This document shows, one piece after another, positions 1 through 8,386 of a stretch of 48,437 bases of DNA. Both the position numbers and the translations under genes were made by a program. Each line of letters opens with the position of its first letter. Position 1 is the stretch's first letter. The notes beneath the pieces are model-generated. The model saw nothing but the letters and a program-made list of their open reading frames with translations. It searched no databases and was not told where the DNA came from. The stretch comes from Chitinophaga pinensis. GTDB taxonomy: Bacteria; Bacteroidota; Bacteroidia; Chitinophagales; Chitinophagaceae. The stretch is from contig CAMBUH010000001.1 of the NCBI GenBank assembly GCA_945870985.1, forward strand, positions 1 to 48,437, written 5' to 3'.

Positions 1-429
1 GCCCAGCTTGCTGAGTTTTTCGGCAAAAGTGGCATCCCCTTTTTCTTCCTCCGGATAAAAGCGCAGATTTTCGAGCAGCAACACTTCACCCGGCAGTAAA
101 TCTGCTGCCTTTTGATACGCTTGTTCTCCAATACAATCATCAGCAAATGCCACTGATATGTTTTTTCCCATCTGCGGGTTCAATAAAACTTGCAGATGTG
201 CAACCAGGTGACGAAGTGAATATTTATCTTCCGGTCCTCCTTTAGGGCGGCCAAGATGGCTCATCAGAATTGCACTTCCGCCGGCATCTAAAATGGCCTG
301 AATAGTTGGCAGGGTTGCCCGTATGCGGTTATCATCGGTTATGTGAAAATCTTTATCGAGTGGCACATTAAAATCTACCCGAACCAAAACTTTTTTTCCC
401 TGCAAGCGGGCTGGCTGAAACTGACTCAT
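1..429 (-). CDS. pgk: Phosphoglycerate kinase, 5' part (runs off the window start)
   Basis: Not in the ORF track. Manual translation from ATG at 429 gives [43 protein letters not shown]...[10 protein letters not shown]...[12 protein letters not shown], which are canonical PGK motifs. Lies directly downstream of gap. Confidence 0.97.
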   Translation of the reverse strand, partial: MSQFQPARLQGKKVLVRVDFNVPLDKDFHITDDNRIRATLPTIQAILDAGGSAILMSHLGRPKGGPEDKYSLRHLVAHLQVLLNPQMGKNISVAFADDCIGEQAYQKAADLLPGEVLLLENLRFYPEEEKGDATFAEKLSKLG

Positions 430-443
430 ATAAAATATTTAAT

Positions 444-473
444 AAAAAAAACGGCCCCGAAATTCGGGACCGT
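444..473 (-). terminator. Intrinsic terminator-like hairpin between gap and pgk
   Basis: Minus strand ACGGTCCCGA-ATT-TCGGGGCCGT (one G:U pair) followed by a T-tract. Confidence 0.7.
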
Positions 474-490
474 AATAGGTTGCTAACAGC

Positions 491-1504
491 TTATTGGTTA
501 ATTAACCCGGCAAAATAGTGTACCGTACGCACTAGCTGACTCACGTAGCTCATTTCATTATCGTACCAGCTTACTGTTTTCACCAGTTGCACGTCGCCAT
601 TGGTGATGATTTTTGTTTGGGTAGCATCGAACAGAGACCCAAAATGGGTTCCGATGATGTCGGAGCTAACCAATTCATCTTCGGTATAGCCAAAACTTTC
701 GTTGCTGGCAGCTTTCATGGCGGCATTGATTTCATCGGCAGTAACTTTTTTACCGAGGATACTGGTGAGTTCCGTTAATGAACCGGTAATTACTGGCACG
801 CGCTGGGCACTTCCGTCTAATTTACCTTTCAATTCGGGCAATACCAATCCGATGGCCTTAGCAGCTCCGGTACTATTCGGAACAATATTAGCAGCCGCAG
901 CCCGAGCTCTGCGCAAATCACCTTTCGGATGAGGCGCATCGAGTGTATTTTGGTCGTTGGTATAAGCATGGATGGTTGTCATAAACCCTGTAACGATACC
1001 AAACTGGTCGTTCAGCACTTTTGCCATAGGGGCTAAGCAGTTGGTAGTGCAGGAAGCACAGGAAATGATGGTTTCGGAGCCATCTAAAATTGCGTGGTTC
1101 ACATTAAAAACAACTGTTTTCAGGTCACCGGTGGCGGGCGCTGAAATTACAACGCGCTTAGCGCCAGCAGTGAGGTGAGCTGCTGCTTTATCTTTATCGG
1201 TAAAGAAACCGGTAGATTCGATTACTACATCTACCCCATGATTTCCCCATGGAATTTGAGCCGGATCTTTTTGGGCATATATTTTTACGGTTTCGCCATT
1301 AACTATGATAGAGTCATCCGTTGCAGTTACATTAGCATCAAAACGTCCCTGTGCGCTATCATATTTTAACAGGTGGGCAAGTACGGTAGGACTGGTAAGG
1401 TCGTTGATAGCAACAACTTCGATGCCCTGCATGTTATAAATCTGACGGAAAACGAGTCGGCCGATTCTGCCAAATCCGTTGATAGCTACTTTAACTGTGC
1501 TCAT
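491..1504 (-). CDS. gap: Type I glyceraldehyde-3-phosphate dehydrogenase
   Basis: [12 protein letters not shown]-binding motif, catalytic [15 protein letters not shown]. Confidence 0.98.
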   Translation of the reverse strand: MSTVKVAINGFGRIGRLVFRQIYNMQGIEVVAINDLTSPTVLAHLLKYDSAQGRFDANVTATDDSIIVNGETVKIYAQKDPAQIPWGNHGVDVVIESTGFFTDKDKAAAHLTAGAKRVVISAPATGDLKTVVFNVNHAILDGSETIISCASCTTNCLAPMAKVLNDQFGIVTGFMTTIHAYTNDQNTLDAPHPKGDLRRARAAAANIVPNSTGAAKAIGLVLPELKGKLDGSAQRVPVITGSLTELTSILGKKVTADEINAAMKAASNESFGYTEDELVSSDIIGTHFGSLFDATQTKIITNGDVQLVKTVSWYDNEMSYVSQLVRTVHYFAGLINQ

Positions 1505-1533
1505 GGGTGGGTGGTTTTTGATTAAAACAGGTG

Positions 1534-1541
1534 CAAAATTA
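1534..1541 (-). promoter_or_regulatory. Bacteroidota housekeeping -7 element for gap
   Basis: TAATTTTG matches TAnnTTTG, about 30 nt upstream of the gap ATG. Confidence 0.6.
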
Positions 1542-1621
1542 CGATTATTGCAAGGAAAGCAGCTAAAATTTTGGTGAAATCTATTAAAAACAGGGCAAAT
1601 GGGGGTAGTGTGAAAAATTGA

Positions 1622-1653
1622 TTTGGCAGAAAAGCGGGGCGAAGCTATTTTTG
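1622..1653 (+). promoter_or_regulatory. Bacteroidota -33/-7 promoter for tRNA-Glu
   Basis: TTTG (1622-1625), 20-nt spacer, TATTTTTG (1646-1653). Confidence 0.75.
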
Positions 1654-1673
1654 CAACCCGAATAGAAAAGAAC

Positions 1674-1745
1674 GGCCGGTTCGTCTATCGGCTAGGACAG
1701 CCCCCTTTCACGGGGCAAAGACGGGTTCGATTCCCGTACCGGCTA
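1674..1745 (+). tRNA. tRNA-Glu (anticodon TTC); CCA not encoded
   Basis: Acceptor stem GGCCGGT/ACCGGCT, D arm GTC..GAC, anticodon arm GCCCC-CTTTCAC-GGGGC, T arm ACGGG-TTCGATT-CCCGT. Confidence 0.97.
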
Positions 1746-1778
1746 CGAAAGTTATTTTCTACGAGTTAGAAAATAAGC

Positions 1779-1816
1779 AAGCAAAAAACCGACTTCAGCG
1801 AGTCGGTTTTTTGCTT
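1779..1816. terminator. Bidirectional intrinsic terminator after the tRNA
   Basis: AAGCAAAAAACCGACT-TCAGCG-AGTCGGTTTTTTGCTT: perfect 16-bp inverted repeat including the A and T tracts. Confidence 0.9.
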
Positions 1817-1876
1817 TATGTATACATAGTACCTCTATATCGGCCGAACCTGCGGTTCTTTATGCGGCTTACTTGT

Positions 1877-1938
1877 CATCCATCCATCCATCTCATCTCA
1901 TCTCATCTCATCTCATCTCATCTCATCTCATCTCATCT
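1877..1938. repeat. Simple sequence repeat (CATC)3(CATCT)10
   Basis: Read directly: CATC x3 at 1877-1888, CATCT x10 at 1889-1938. Confidence 0.95.
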
Positions 1939-2356
1939 AACAACGGATTAAAATCCGTTGTTGTGAAATTGGTCGAGGCTACGCCTCTTTTTATTGGGCT
2001 GCATTTTACCGGGGGTAAAAGGCCGAAAAGTAAGTCATTAGCATCATACAGGTAGAGCCAGCGGCTCGGTTTTTTTATCACAACGGATTAAAATCCGTTG
2101 TTGATATATTGGGGGAGGCTACGCCTCTTTTTATTGGGCTGCATTTTACTGGGGCTAAAAGGCCAAAAAGTAAGACATTAGCATCATACGGGTAGAGCCA
2201 TCGGCTCGATTTATATTATCACAACGGATTTCAATCCGTTGAAGCCACCACCCCCTTAGCATTAAAAGTAGAGCCATCGGCTCGATTTATATTATCACAA
2301 CGGATTTCAATCCGTTGGCTCAACTAGCACCCAGCAAATAAAGTGCCGTAGGCACG
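1939..2356. repeat. Array of REP-like palindromic repeats downstream of the Y1 transposase
   Basis: Hairpin A CAACGGAT-N4-ATCCGTTG at 1941, 2081, 2222, 2298. Five-bp-stem hairpin B at 1975, 2055, 2115, 2195, 2271, 2343. Two tandem 140/141-bp units (1941-2080, 2081-2221). Identical 50-mers at 2192-2241 and 2268-2317. Confidence 0.92.
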
Positions 2357-2365
2357 AAGCATATT

Positions 2366-2827
2366 TTACACAAGCGGTTGAAAGATATACTTCCTATCAT
2401 ACTCAATTCGAAAGGTCTCCAACAATTCCAAATATTCTTCTGTAAAATTTTGCCTCTTGTGATGCGCCTGCTGATTGAGTATGTAATGGTAAACCGCATG
2501 GATTGAGGTATGACTATATGAGAATACCCCAAATCCTTCCTGCCATTCAAAACGTTGGCTGGTCAACTTATTATCATTGATATACTTAGAGGATTTGGCT
2601 TTTACATTTTTCATGAGTTCAGACACAGATATAGCCGGCTTTAGGCTGAAAAAACAATGTACATGATCTTCAACACCGTTTACAATGATTGTTGTACAAT
2701 TTGATTCGTTTATCAGATTGCCAATTACGCTGAATAGTTTTCCCTGCCACTCTTTATTGATTATTGCACGGCGGTATTTTACAGCGAATACCGTTTGCAA
2801 GAAGATTTGATGATAGGTATTTGCCAC
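2366..2827 (-). CDS. tnpA: IS200/IS605-superfamily HUH Y1 transposase, probably REP-associated (RAYT-like); GTG start; no TnpB
   Basis: VFAVKYR, HUH motif EDHVH, WQEGFGVFS, catalytic Tyr in YILNQQAHH; 153 aa; palindromic repeats on both sides. Confidence 0.9.
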   Translation of the reverse strand: MANTYHQIFLQTVFAVKYRRAIINKEWQGKLFSVIGNLINESNCTTIIVNGVEDHVHCFFSLKPAISVSELMKNVKAKSSKYINDNKLTSQRFEWQEGFGVFSYSHTSIHAVYHYILNQQAHHKRQNFTEEYLELLETFRIEYDRKYIFQPLV

Positions 2828-2849
2828 ATTACTGTTAGTTTTTAATCAA

Positions 2850-2857
2850 CAAATATA
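2850..2857 (-). promoter_or_regulatory. Candidate -7 element for tnpA
   Basis: TATATTTG on the minus strand, 22 nt upstream of the GTG start; no clear -33 element. Confidence 0.55.
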
Positions 2858-2898
2858 TTGGTCGAAACTAGAGTGCTCACTAGGTATTTGTACGCTAT

Positions 2899-2982
2899 AA
2901 CAACGTATTGAAATCCGTTGTTAATAAATTGGGGGAGGCTGCGCCTCTTTTATATCAGGGTGTATTTTACCGGGGGTAAAAT
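2899..2982. repeat. REP-like copy upstream of tnpA (hairpins A, B, C)
   Basis: CAACGTAT-TGAA-ATCCGTTG (2901-2920), GAGGC-TGC-GCCTC (2935-2947), ATTTTACC-GGG-GGTAAAAT (2964-2982); homologous to 1941-2020. Confidence 0.88.
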
Positions 2983-3166
2983 TGAAGGAGAAGTTCCTGG
3001 AACACCTTTAGTCTCTAAAACACAACACAAAAAGATTTAATAATTCCCTATTAACAACCGTTAGTTTTATATAGATTTCTGAAATTTGTATGTTTTTAAT
3101 AAATAACTATTATCTTAAACCTTTTACGGAAAATTTCGTCTAAAATCTACTGATACTATACTTGTT

Positions 3167-6100
3167 ATGAGAAGGGTTTTGCTATTTATTTTATGGTTTC
3201 TTTTGGCTGCGGATTTAGGTGCGCAAAACTTTTCTAATAAGGGAAAGGATTTTTGGCTGGGATATGGATTTCATGTGAATATGGGTTTGGGGGTTGGCAC
3301 CAATCAACGGAATGCACAAGACATGGTTTTGTATTTTACTTCCGACAAAAATGCAACCGTTACGGTGGAAATTCCGGGAGTAGGGTACAAACAAACTTTT
3401 CAGGTTCAAGCCAATCAGGTTACAGAAACTAGTCCCCTACCAAAATCAGGTGCGCAAGATTGCAGAATAATTGATACTGGGTATTATAACCGGGGTATTC
3501 ATGTGTACAGCGATGTAGATATAGTAGCCTATGCACATATTTATAATGCAAGTGTGTCTGGCGCAACCCTTTTGTATCCTACTAATACCCTCGGAAAAGA
3601 GTATTATGCCATCATTTACAACCAGGCCTCTAATGCCAATTTTTCGAATTCTTTCGCTTTTGTAGTTGCCGTAGAAGAAGGCACCACCACGGTAGAAATT
3701 ACCCCTTCCGATGTTACCCTAAATAAATCTACCACTGCGCCTTTTCAGGTAACCTTGTTGCAAGGGCAGGTATATAATTTAATGGGCACCACATCGGGTT
3801 CTAAAGGAACTGATTTAACAGGTACCCGAATAAGAACGATTAGCAGTAGCGGCGCCTGCAAAAAAATAGCCGTTTTCTGTGGATCCGGAAAAATGAGCAT
3901 CGGGGCGTCGTCTACCAACCCAAGTGTAAATAATAATCAAACCGGCAGTGCCGACAATATTTTTGCGCAGGCCACGCCTGCCAGCGCTTGGGGTCTTAAA
4001 TACCTCACTGCCCCTACCGGCTCTCAACCGAATAATTACTTTAGAATTTGTGTTAGCGACCCCACCACCAAAGTAAAACTCAATGGGGCTGAAATACCTA
4101 CAACGCTTCTGCAAAAAAGTTTTTTTTACGAATTGAAAAACAGTTCTGTTTTATCCACTCCCGGAAATGGAATTGGCCTTGGTAATTCTACTACTGGCGT
4201 TTGGAATCTGATAGAAGCCGACAAACCCATTACAGTTGCCCAATATTGTACAACGCAGGGAAATGATGGAAACTCTAATACTTTCGGAGATCCTGAAATG
4301 ATTTATCTAAGTCCGGTTGAGCAAACCATAAATAATATTACCTTAAACTCTACAACGCGAGATAGAATTATTCAACATTATATTAATGTAATTATCAAGA
4401 AGGGCGGTGTGGCCTCCTTTAAATTAGATGGTGTATCTAAAAGCACTAGTTTTCTTCCCCATCCGCGAGAACCGGAATTTTCCTATGCAATATTTCCTGT
4501 TACCAGCGGTTCACACGCACTTTATTCCGATACGGGCTACAATGCGATTGCCTATGGCTTTGGTTCAGCAGAAAGTTATGGATACAATGCTGGCACCAAT
4601 ATTAAAGACTTATATGCCCCCATATTCCAAAATCCCTATTCCAGACTCGATTTTGCTGCAACCTGTGTGGGTTCTAAGTTTCAATTTTCTGTACCGTTGT
4701 CCTATATACCCACTTCCATTACCTGGGATTTTGGAGGTAGCACTAAAATAAGTCCGAACACCAATATCGGACCCATCACGCCCGTTCCCGACAGCACCCC
4801 CATAGTTAACGGTAAACAACTGTATTATTTTAGTCCAGCCAATGGTCCCACACAAAAAGACTTTATATATACTACTCCCGGCAATGATACTATCCGACTA
4901 TTTGCTACCAACCCATCGCCTGATGGATGTAGTAGTTCGAATGCAGAATATGTTATTCCAGTTGTAGTAAATCCTTTGCCAAAAGCCAACTTCAGCGTAC
5001 CAACAGTTTTCTGTTTAGGAAAACCCATTCAATTTACCGACACTTCCACCGACCTAGTAAATAGTACCGTGGTTAACGGATTGTGGAATTGGGGCGATGG
5101 AACTACCGACTCGCTGAAAAATCCAACGCATATATATACGAAAGACGGCAATTACAATATCCGATACCGACCCATCACCGATTTTGGCTGCATAGGTGAC
5201 ACTACCATTCCTCTGATAATTACGGGTTCTCCTGTAGCTAAATTTGAAATGAATGACTCTACCTGCCTTAACAAATCACTCACTTTTACCGATGCTTCTA
5301 CCATTTCATCTGGATCTATTACAAAGTGGCGTTGGGATTATGGTGATGGCAGAACGGAAGTGCAAAGCACAGGTGCTACCCGGGTGATTTCTTTTACTTC
5401 CACAGGTACTTATTCAATAAAATTATTGGTAGAAAATGCATCGGGATGTTTAAGTGAAGCATTCTCCCGAACCATTACTATTCGGCCCATTCCCCAACCC
5501 AATTTCAATCTCCCCATAGTATGCTTGCCCGAAGGGATAGCCCGGTTTTACGATTCTACTACAATTGCAGCTGGCTCTGGAAACTTTACATACAGATGGA
5601 TTTTTGGGGATGGTATCGGTATCGACTCTGTTACAAATCCCATCTACCAATACAAACAAACAGGTCTTTTCGATATCCAATTAACTGTTACTACCCCTTA
5701 CGGATGTGCCGATAGTATCCGGAAAACCATTCAATCGATTTACCCAAAAGCAAAAGCTGCATTTACTTTTAGTGCGGAAAATTGCTTCAGAGACAGTAGT
5801 TATTTTACTGATAATACAAACGGAAAAGGAAGCATTATTGCTAAGTGGCGCTGGAGTTGGGGAGATGCAACTACCGACACCATTCAGCATCCAGTTCATT
5901 TATATGCTGCTGCCGGCACTTACCCAATCCGTTTATATACCATCTCTGATAAGGGATGTGTAAGTGATACACTCGCTACTTCCATTGTAATTAATCCCTT
6001 ACCCACTGCACAGTATAGTATTATTTCAACCTCCTGTGCCGATCGATCAGTGGTTTTTTCAGATGCTTCTTCAGCCAATGCAGGAACTATCAATAATTGG

Positions 6101-8386
6101 TGGTGGGATTTTGGGGATGGCGTAAAAGAAAATAAATCCACAGCAGCATCATTCGATCATATTTTTTCACCCTGGGGTAACTATACTATTCAACTTCAGG
6201 TTACTAGCAGTAAAGGATGTAAAAGTGATACCCTAAAGCGAGTACAAAAAATAAACCCCCTGCCAAAAGTTGGTTTTGTATTACCAGAAATATGTTTAGC
6301 CGATGCGGCAGCCGACCTGTTGGATACTACTACTATTGCAGATAATAAATTATCCGGATTAACCTGGAAATGGAGAATAGATAAAGGAAAGCTCAACAAT
6401 GCTCAACCAGTTTTTGTTAAAGACAATGTTCAAAATGCCCGGGTGCTGGTAACCAAATCAGATAAGTACCTGACTACTTTATTTGTTACGAGTGCAGATG
6501 GATGTAAAGACTCGTTATCCAATGAATTAACCGTTAATGGATCTACTCCTAAATCATCCTTTACCATTGTAAACGAAACCGGATTATGTGGGAATGATTC
6601 GGTTAGATTAATTAATACTTCTACTGTTGACTTTGGTAATCTTTCTAAACTAGAAATCAGGTGGGATTTTGATAACGCGCCGATAACAGTTGTTACTGAC
6701 CCAAGCCCGGAGCAAATTAAAACCTATTCGAATAAGTATATCGATTTCCAAGCTCCCGCAACTAAAACGTATAAGGTTAAATTAACCGCCTTCTCTGGAA
6801 ATGCCTCCGCCTGCCAAAGTAGTTTTACACAAACCATTACGCTCAACAGGAGCCCTAAAGTTAGTTTTGCGGTTCCCCAAAGTATTTGCAACGATGCAGC
6901 AATACAGGCAATTTCGCCAGCAGCCACTTCGTTTGCAAGTACGCCGGGCATTCCGGTGTATTCAGGTATTGGAATTGTTGATCCCGTAAAGGGACTATTC
7001 AATCCCGCCGTTTCAGGGCCGGGCACATTTGCAATCAAATATCTGCATGTTAGCGACAAGGGATGCAGAGATTCGGCAATCCGCAATATTACCGTGTGGC
7101 CTTCTCCTATTGCCCGCTGGGGAGTTGGAAGTGTGGCCTGCGAAAAAAATCTACTCACGTTTACGGATAGCTCACTGCCAAGAGTTGGCAAGATTATAAC
7201 CCGCAATTGGATTTTTGGGGATGGGCAAACGCAAACACTATTAAACGACAATACCTTTACACATACATACGCTGCCACAGGCAATTATGCTGCGAGTTTA
7301 CAGGTTATTACCGACAGTGGCTGTGTAAGTTCTATTATTCAACAAACCATCAAAATTAATCCGCTGCCTATCATAGCATTTCAATTGCCAGCTGTTTGTT
7401 TACCTGATGGAAAAGGTACTTTTATTAATCAATCTACCATAGCCGATAAAAGTGAAGCCTTGTTTAGTTATCGCTGGAACTTCAACGACCCAACTGAACC
7501 CTCAGGCTCTACCTTACAGAGTCCTACCCATCAATATTCAGCCCTGGGGCCTTATCCAGTGCAACTAACGATCACTTCAAAGGATGGCTGTATCGATTCA
7601 CTTACAAAATTGATGAATACCATCTATCCGCAGCCCGCAGCCAAATTTGAAACCAGGCCATCGGAAGTATGTGTAGGCGGAACGATACAATTTATTGATA
7701 AGAGCATTAGCGTTTCCGCTCCGGTTACCCAATGGTTTTGGGATTTAGGCAAGGGAGATAATTCAGTGCTTCAAAACCCAAGCAAACAATTTACAGATTC
7801 CGGAAAGTTCACCATCCAACTATATATTAAAGATGGAAAAGGATGTGTGAGTGATACAAGCATAGCCACTGTTACGGTTCATCCTTATCCGGTGTTACAA
7901 TTAACCCACAATGTGAAAGTACTGGAAGGAGGAACCATTACCTTAAAGCCGGTATTTTACGGTACCCAGCTACAGTTTAACTGGACGCCCCCCAGCTATC
8001 TGGATACTGCCACCATTGCTTATCCCAAATCTACCCCACCCGATGATATAACCTACCAACTCAACCTTACCGGCATAGGGGGTTGTAGGGTGAGTGATAC
8101 AGTGTTTGTTAAAGTATTGAAATCACCCTTGGTGCCCAATGCGTTCTCCCCTAATGGTGACGGCATTAACGACACCTGGCGTATTCAATACTTAGAAAGT
8201 TATCCGGGTGCTAGTATTGAAGTATTTAACCGGTACGGACAAAAAGTATTCGTGTCTACCGGATATGATGTGGAATGGGATGGCTTTTTCAATGGATCAG
8301 TGCTTCCCATTGGAACTTACTATTATGTTATCAATCCCAAAAATGGCCGAAAAACCTTAACCGGATCGGTATCAATTATCCGATAA
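3167..8386 (+). CDS. Large T9SS-secreted surface protein: IgGFc-binding-like N-terminal domain, ~11 PKD repeats, type-B (gliding motility-associated) CTD
   Basis: Signal peptide; NKGKDFWLG...LLYPTNTLGKEY N-terminal domain; repeated W(D/N/I)(F/W/Y)GDG; C-terminal VPNAFSPNGDGINDTW...VFNRYGQKVF...WDG...GTYYYVI...GSVSIIR. Confidence 0.88.
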   Translation: MRRVLLFILWFLLAADLGAQNFSNKGKDFWLGYGFHVNMGLGVGTNQRNAQDMVLYFTSDKNATVTVEIPGVGYKQTFQVQANQVTETSPLPKSGAQDCRIIDTGYYNRGIHVYSDVDIVAYAHIYNASVSGATLLYPTNTLGKEYYAIIYNQASNANFSNSFAFVVAVEEGTTTVEITPSDVTLNKSTTAPFQVTLLQGQVYNLMGTTSGSKGTDLTGTRIRTISSSGACKKIAVFCGSGKMSIGASSTNPSVNNNQTGSADNIFAQATPASAWGLKYLTAPTGSQPNNYFRICVSDPTTKVKLNGAEIPTTLLQKSFFYELKNSSVLSTPGNGIGLGNSTTGVWNLIEADKPITVAQYCTTQGNDGNSNTFGDPEMIYLSPVEQTINNITLNSTTRDRIIQHYINVIIKKGGVASFKLDGVSKSTSFLPHPREPEFSYAIFPVTSGSHALYSDTGYNAIAYGFGSAESYGYNAGTNIKDLYAPIFQNPYSRLDFAATCVGSKFQFSVPLSYIPTSITWDFGGSTKISPNTNIGPITPVPDSTPIVNGKQLYYFSPANGPTQKDFIYTTPGNDTIRLFATNPSPDGCSSSNAEYVIPVVVNPLPKANFSVPTVFCLGKPIQFTDTSTDLVNSTVVNGLWNWGDGTTDSLKNPTHIYTKDGNYNIRYRPITDFGCIGDTTIPLIITGSPVAKFEMNDSTCLNKSLTFTDASTISSGSITKWRWDYGDGRTEVQSTGATRVISFTSTGTYSIKLLVENASGCLSEAFSRTITIRPIPQPNFNLPIVCLPEGIARFYDSTTIAAGSGNFTYRWIFGDGIGIDSVTNPIYQYKQTGLFDIQLTVTTPYGCADSIRKTIQSIYPKAKAAFTFSAENCFRDSSYFTDNTNGKGSIIAKWRWSWGDATTDTIQHPVHLYAAAGTYPIRLYTISDKGCVSDTLATSIVINPLPTAQYSIISTSCADRSVVFSDASSANAGTINNWWWDFGDGVKENKSTAASFDHIFSPWGNYTIQLQVTSSKGCKSDTLKRVQKINPLPKVGFVLPEICLADAAADLLDTTTIADNKLSGLTWKWRIDKGKLNNAQPVFVKDNVQNARVLVTKSDKYLTTLFVTSADGCKDSLSNELTVNGSTPKSSFTIVNETGLCGNDSVRLINTSTVDFGNLSKLEIRWDFDNAPITVVTDPSPEQIKTYSNKYIDFQAPATKTYKVKLTAFSGNASACQSSFTQTITLNRSPKVSFAVPQSICNDAAIQAISPAATSFASTPGIPVYSGIGIVDPVKGLFNPAVSGPGTFAIKYLHVSDKGCRDSAIRNITVWPSPIARWGVGSVACEKNLLTFTDSSLPRVGKIITRNWIFGDGQTQTLLNDNTFTHTYAATGNYAASLQVITDSGCVSSIIQQTIKINPLPIIAFQLPAVCLPDGKGTFINQSTIADKSEALFSYRWNFNDPTEPSGSTLQSPTHQYSALGPYPVQLTITSKDGCIDSLTKLMNTIYPQPAAKFETRPSEVCVGGTIQFIDKSISVSAPVTQWFWDLGKGDNSVLQNPSKQFTDSGKFTIQLYIKDGKGCVSDTSIATVTVHPYPVLQLTHNVKVLEGGTITLKPVFYGTQLQFNWTPPSYLDTATIAYPKSTPPDDITYQLNLTGIGGCRVSDTVFVKVLKSPLVPNAFSPNGDGINDTWRIQYLESYPGASIEVFNRYGQKVFVSTGYDVEWDGFFNGSVLPIGTYYYVINPKNGRKTLTGSVSIIR

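Noticed and set aside
1818-1853. GIY-YIG nuclease remnant after the tRNA (reads MYT*YLYIGRT)
   Set aside because: Too short, interrupted by a stop codon, and the same bases are explained by a REP hairpin-B copy; cannot be supported without a search.
1873-2055. 60-aa ORF with SHLIS repeats
   Set aside because: It is merely the translation of the microsatellite and REP sequence, with a TTG start.
2192-2356. CRISPR array (50-nt repeats with 24-26-nt spacers)
   Set aside because: Only two exact copies; other copies occur in both orientations; the inter-repeat segments share a TAGCA-like core and so are not independently acquired; no cas genes; the adjacent gene is a Y1 transposase.
2320-2550. 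76-aa alternative-frame ORF overlapping tnpA (possible TnpB remnant or frameshift product)
   Set aside because: No RuvC or zinc-finger motifs, and tnpA is complete in its own frame.
6724-7284. 186-aa antisense ORF, and the many other short overlapping ORFs in the track
   Set aside because: Shadow frames of well-supported genes; no recognisable motifs.
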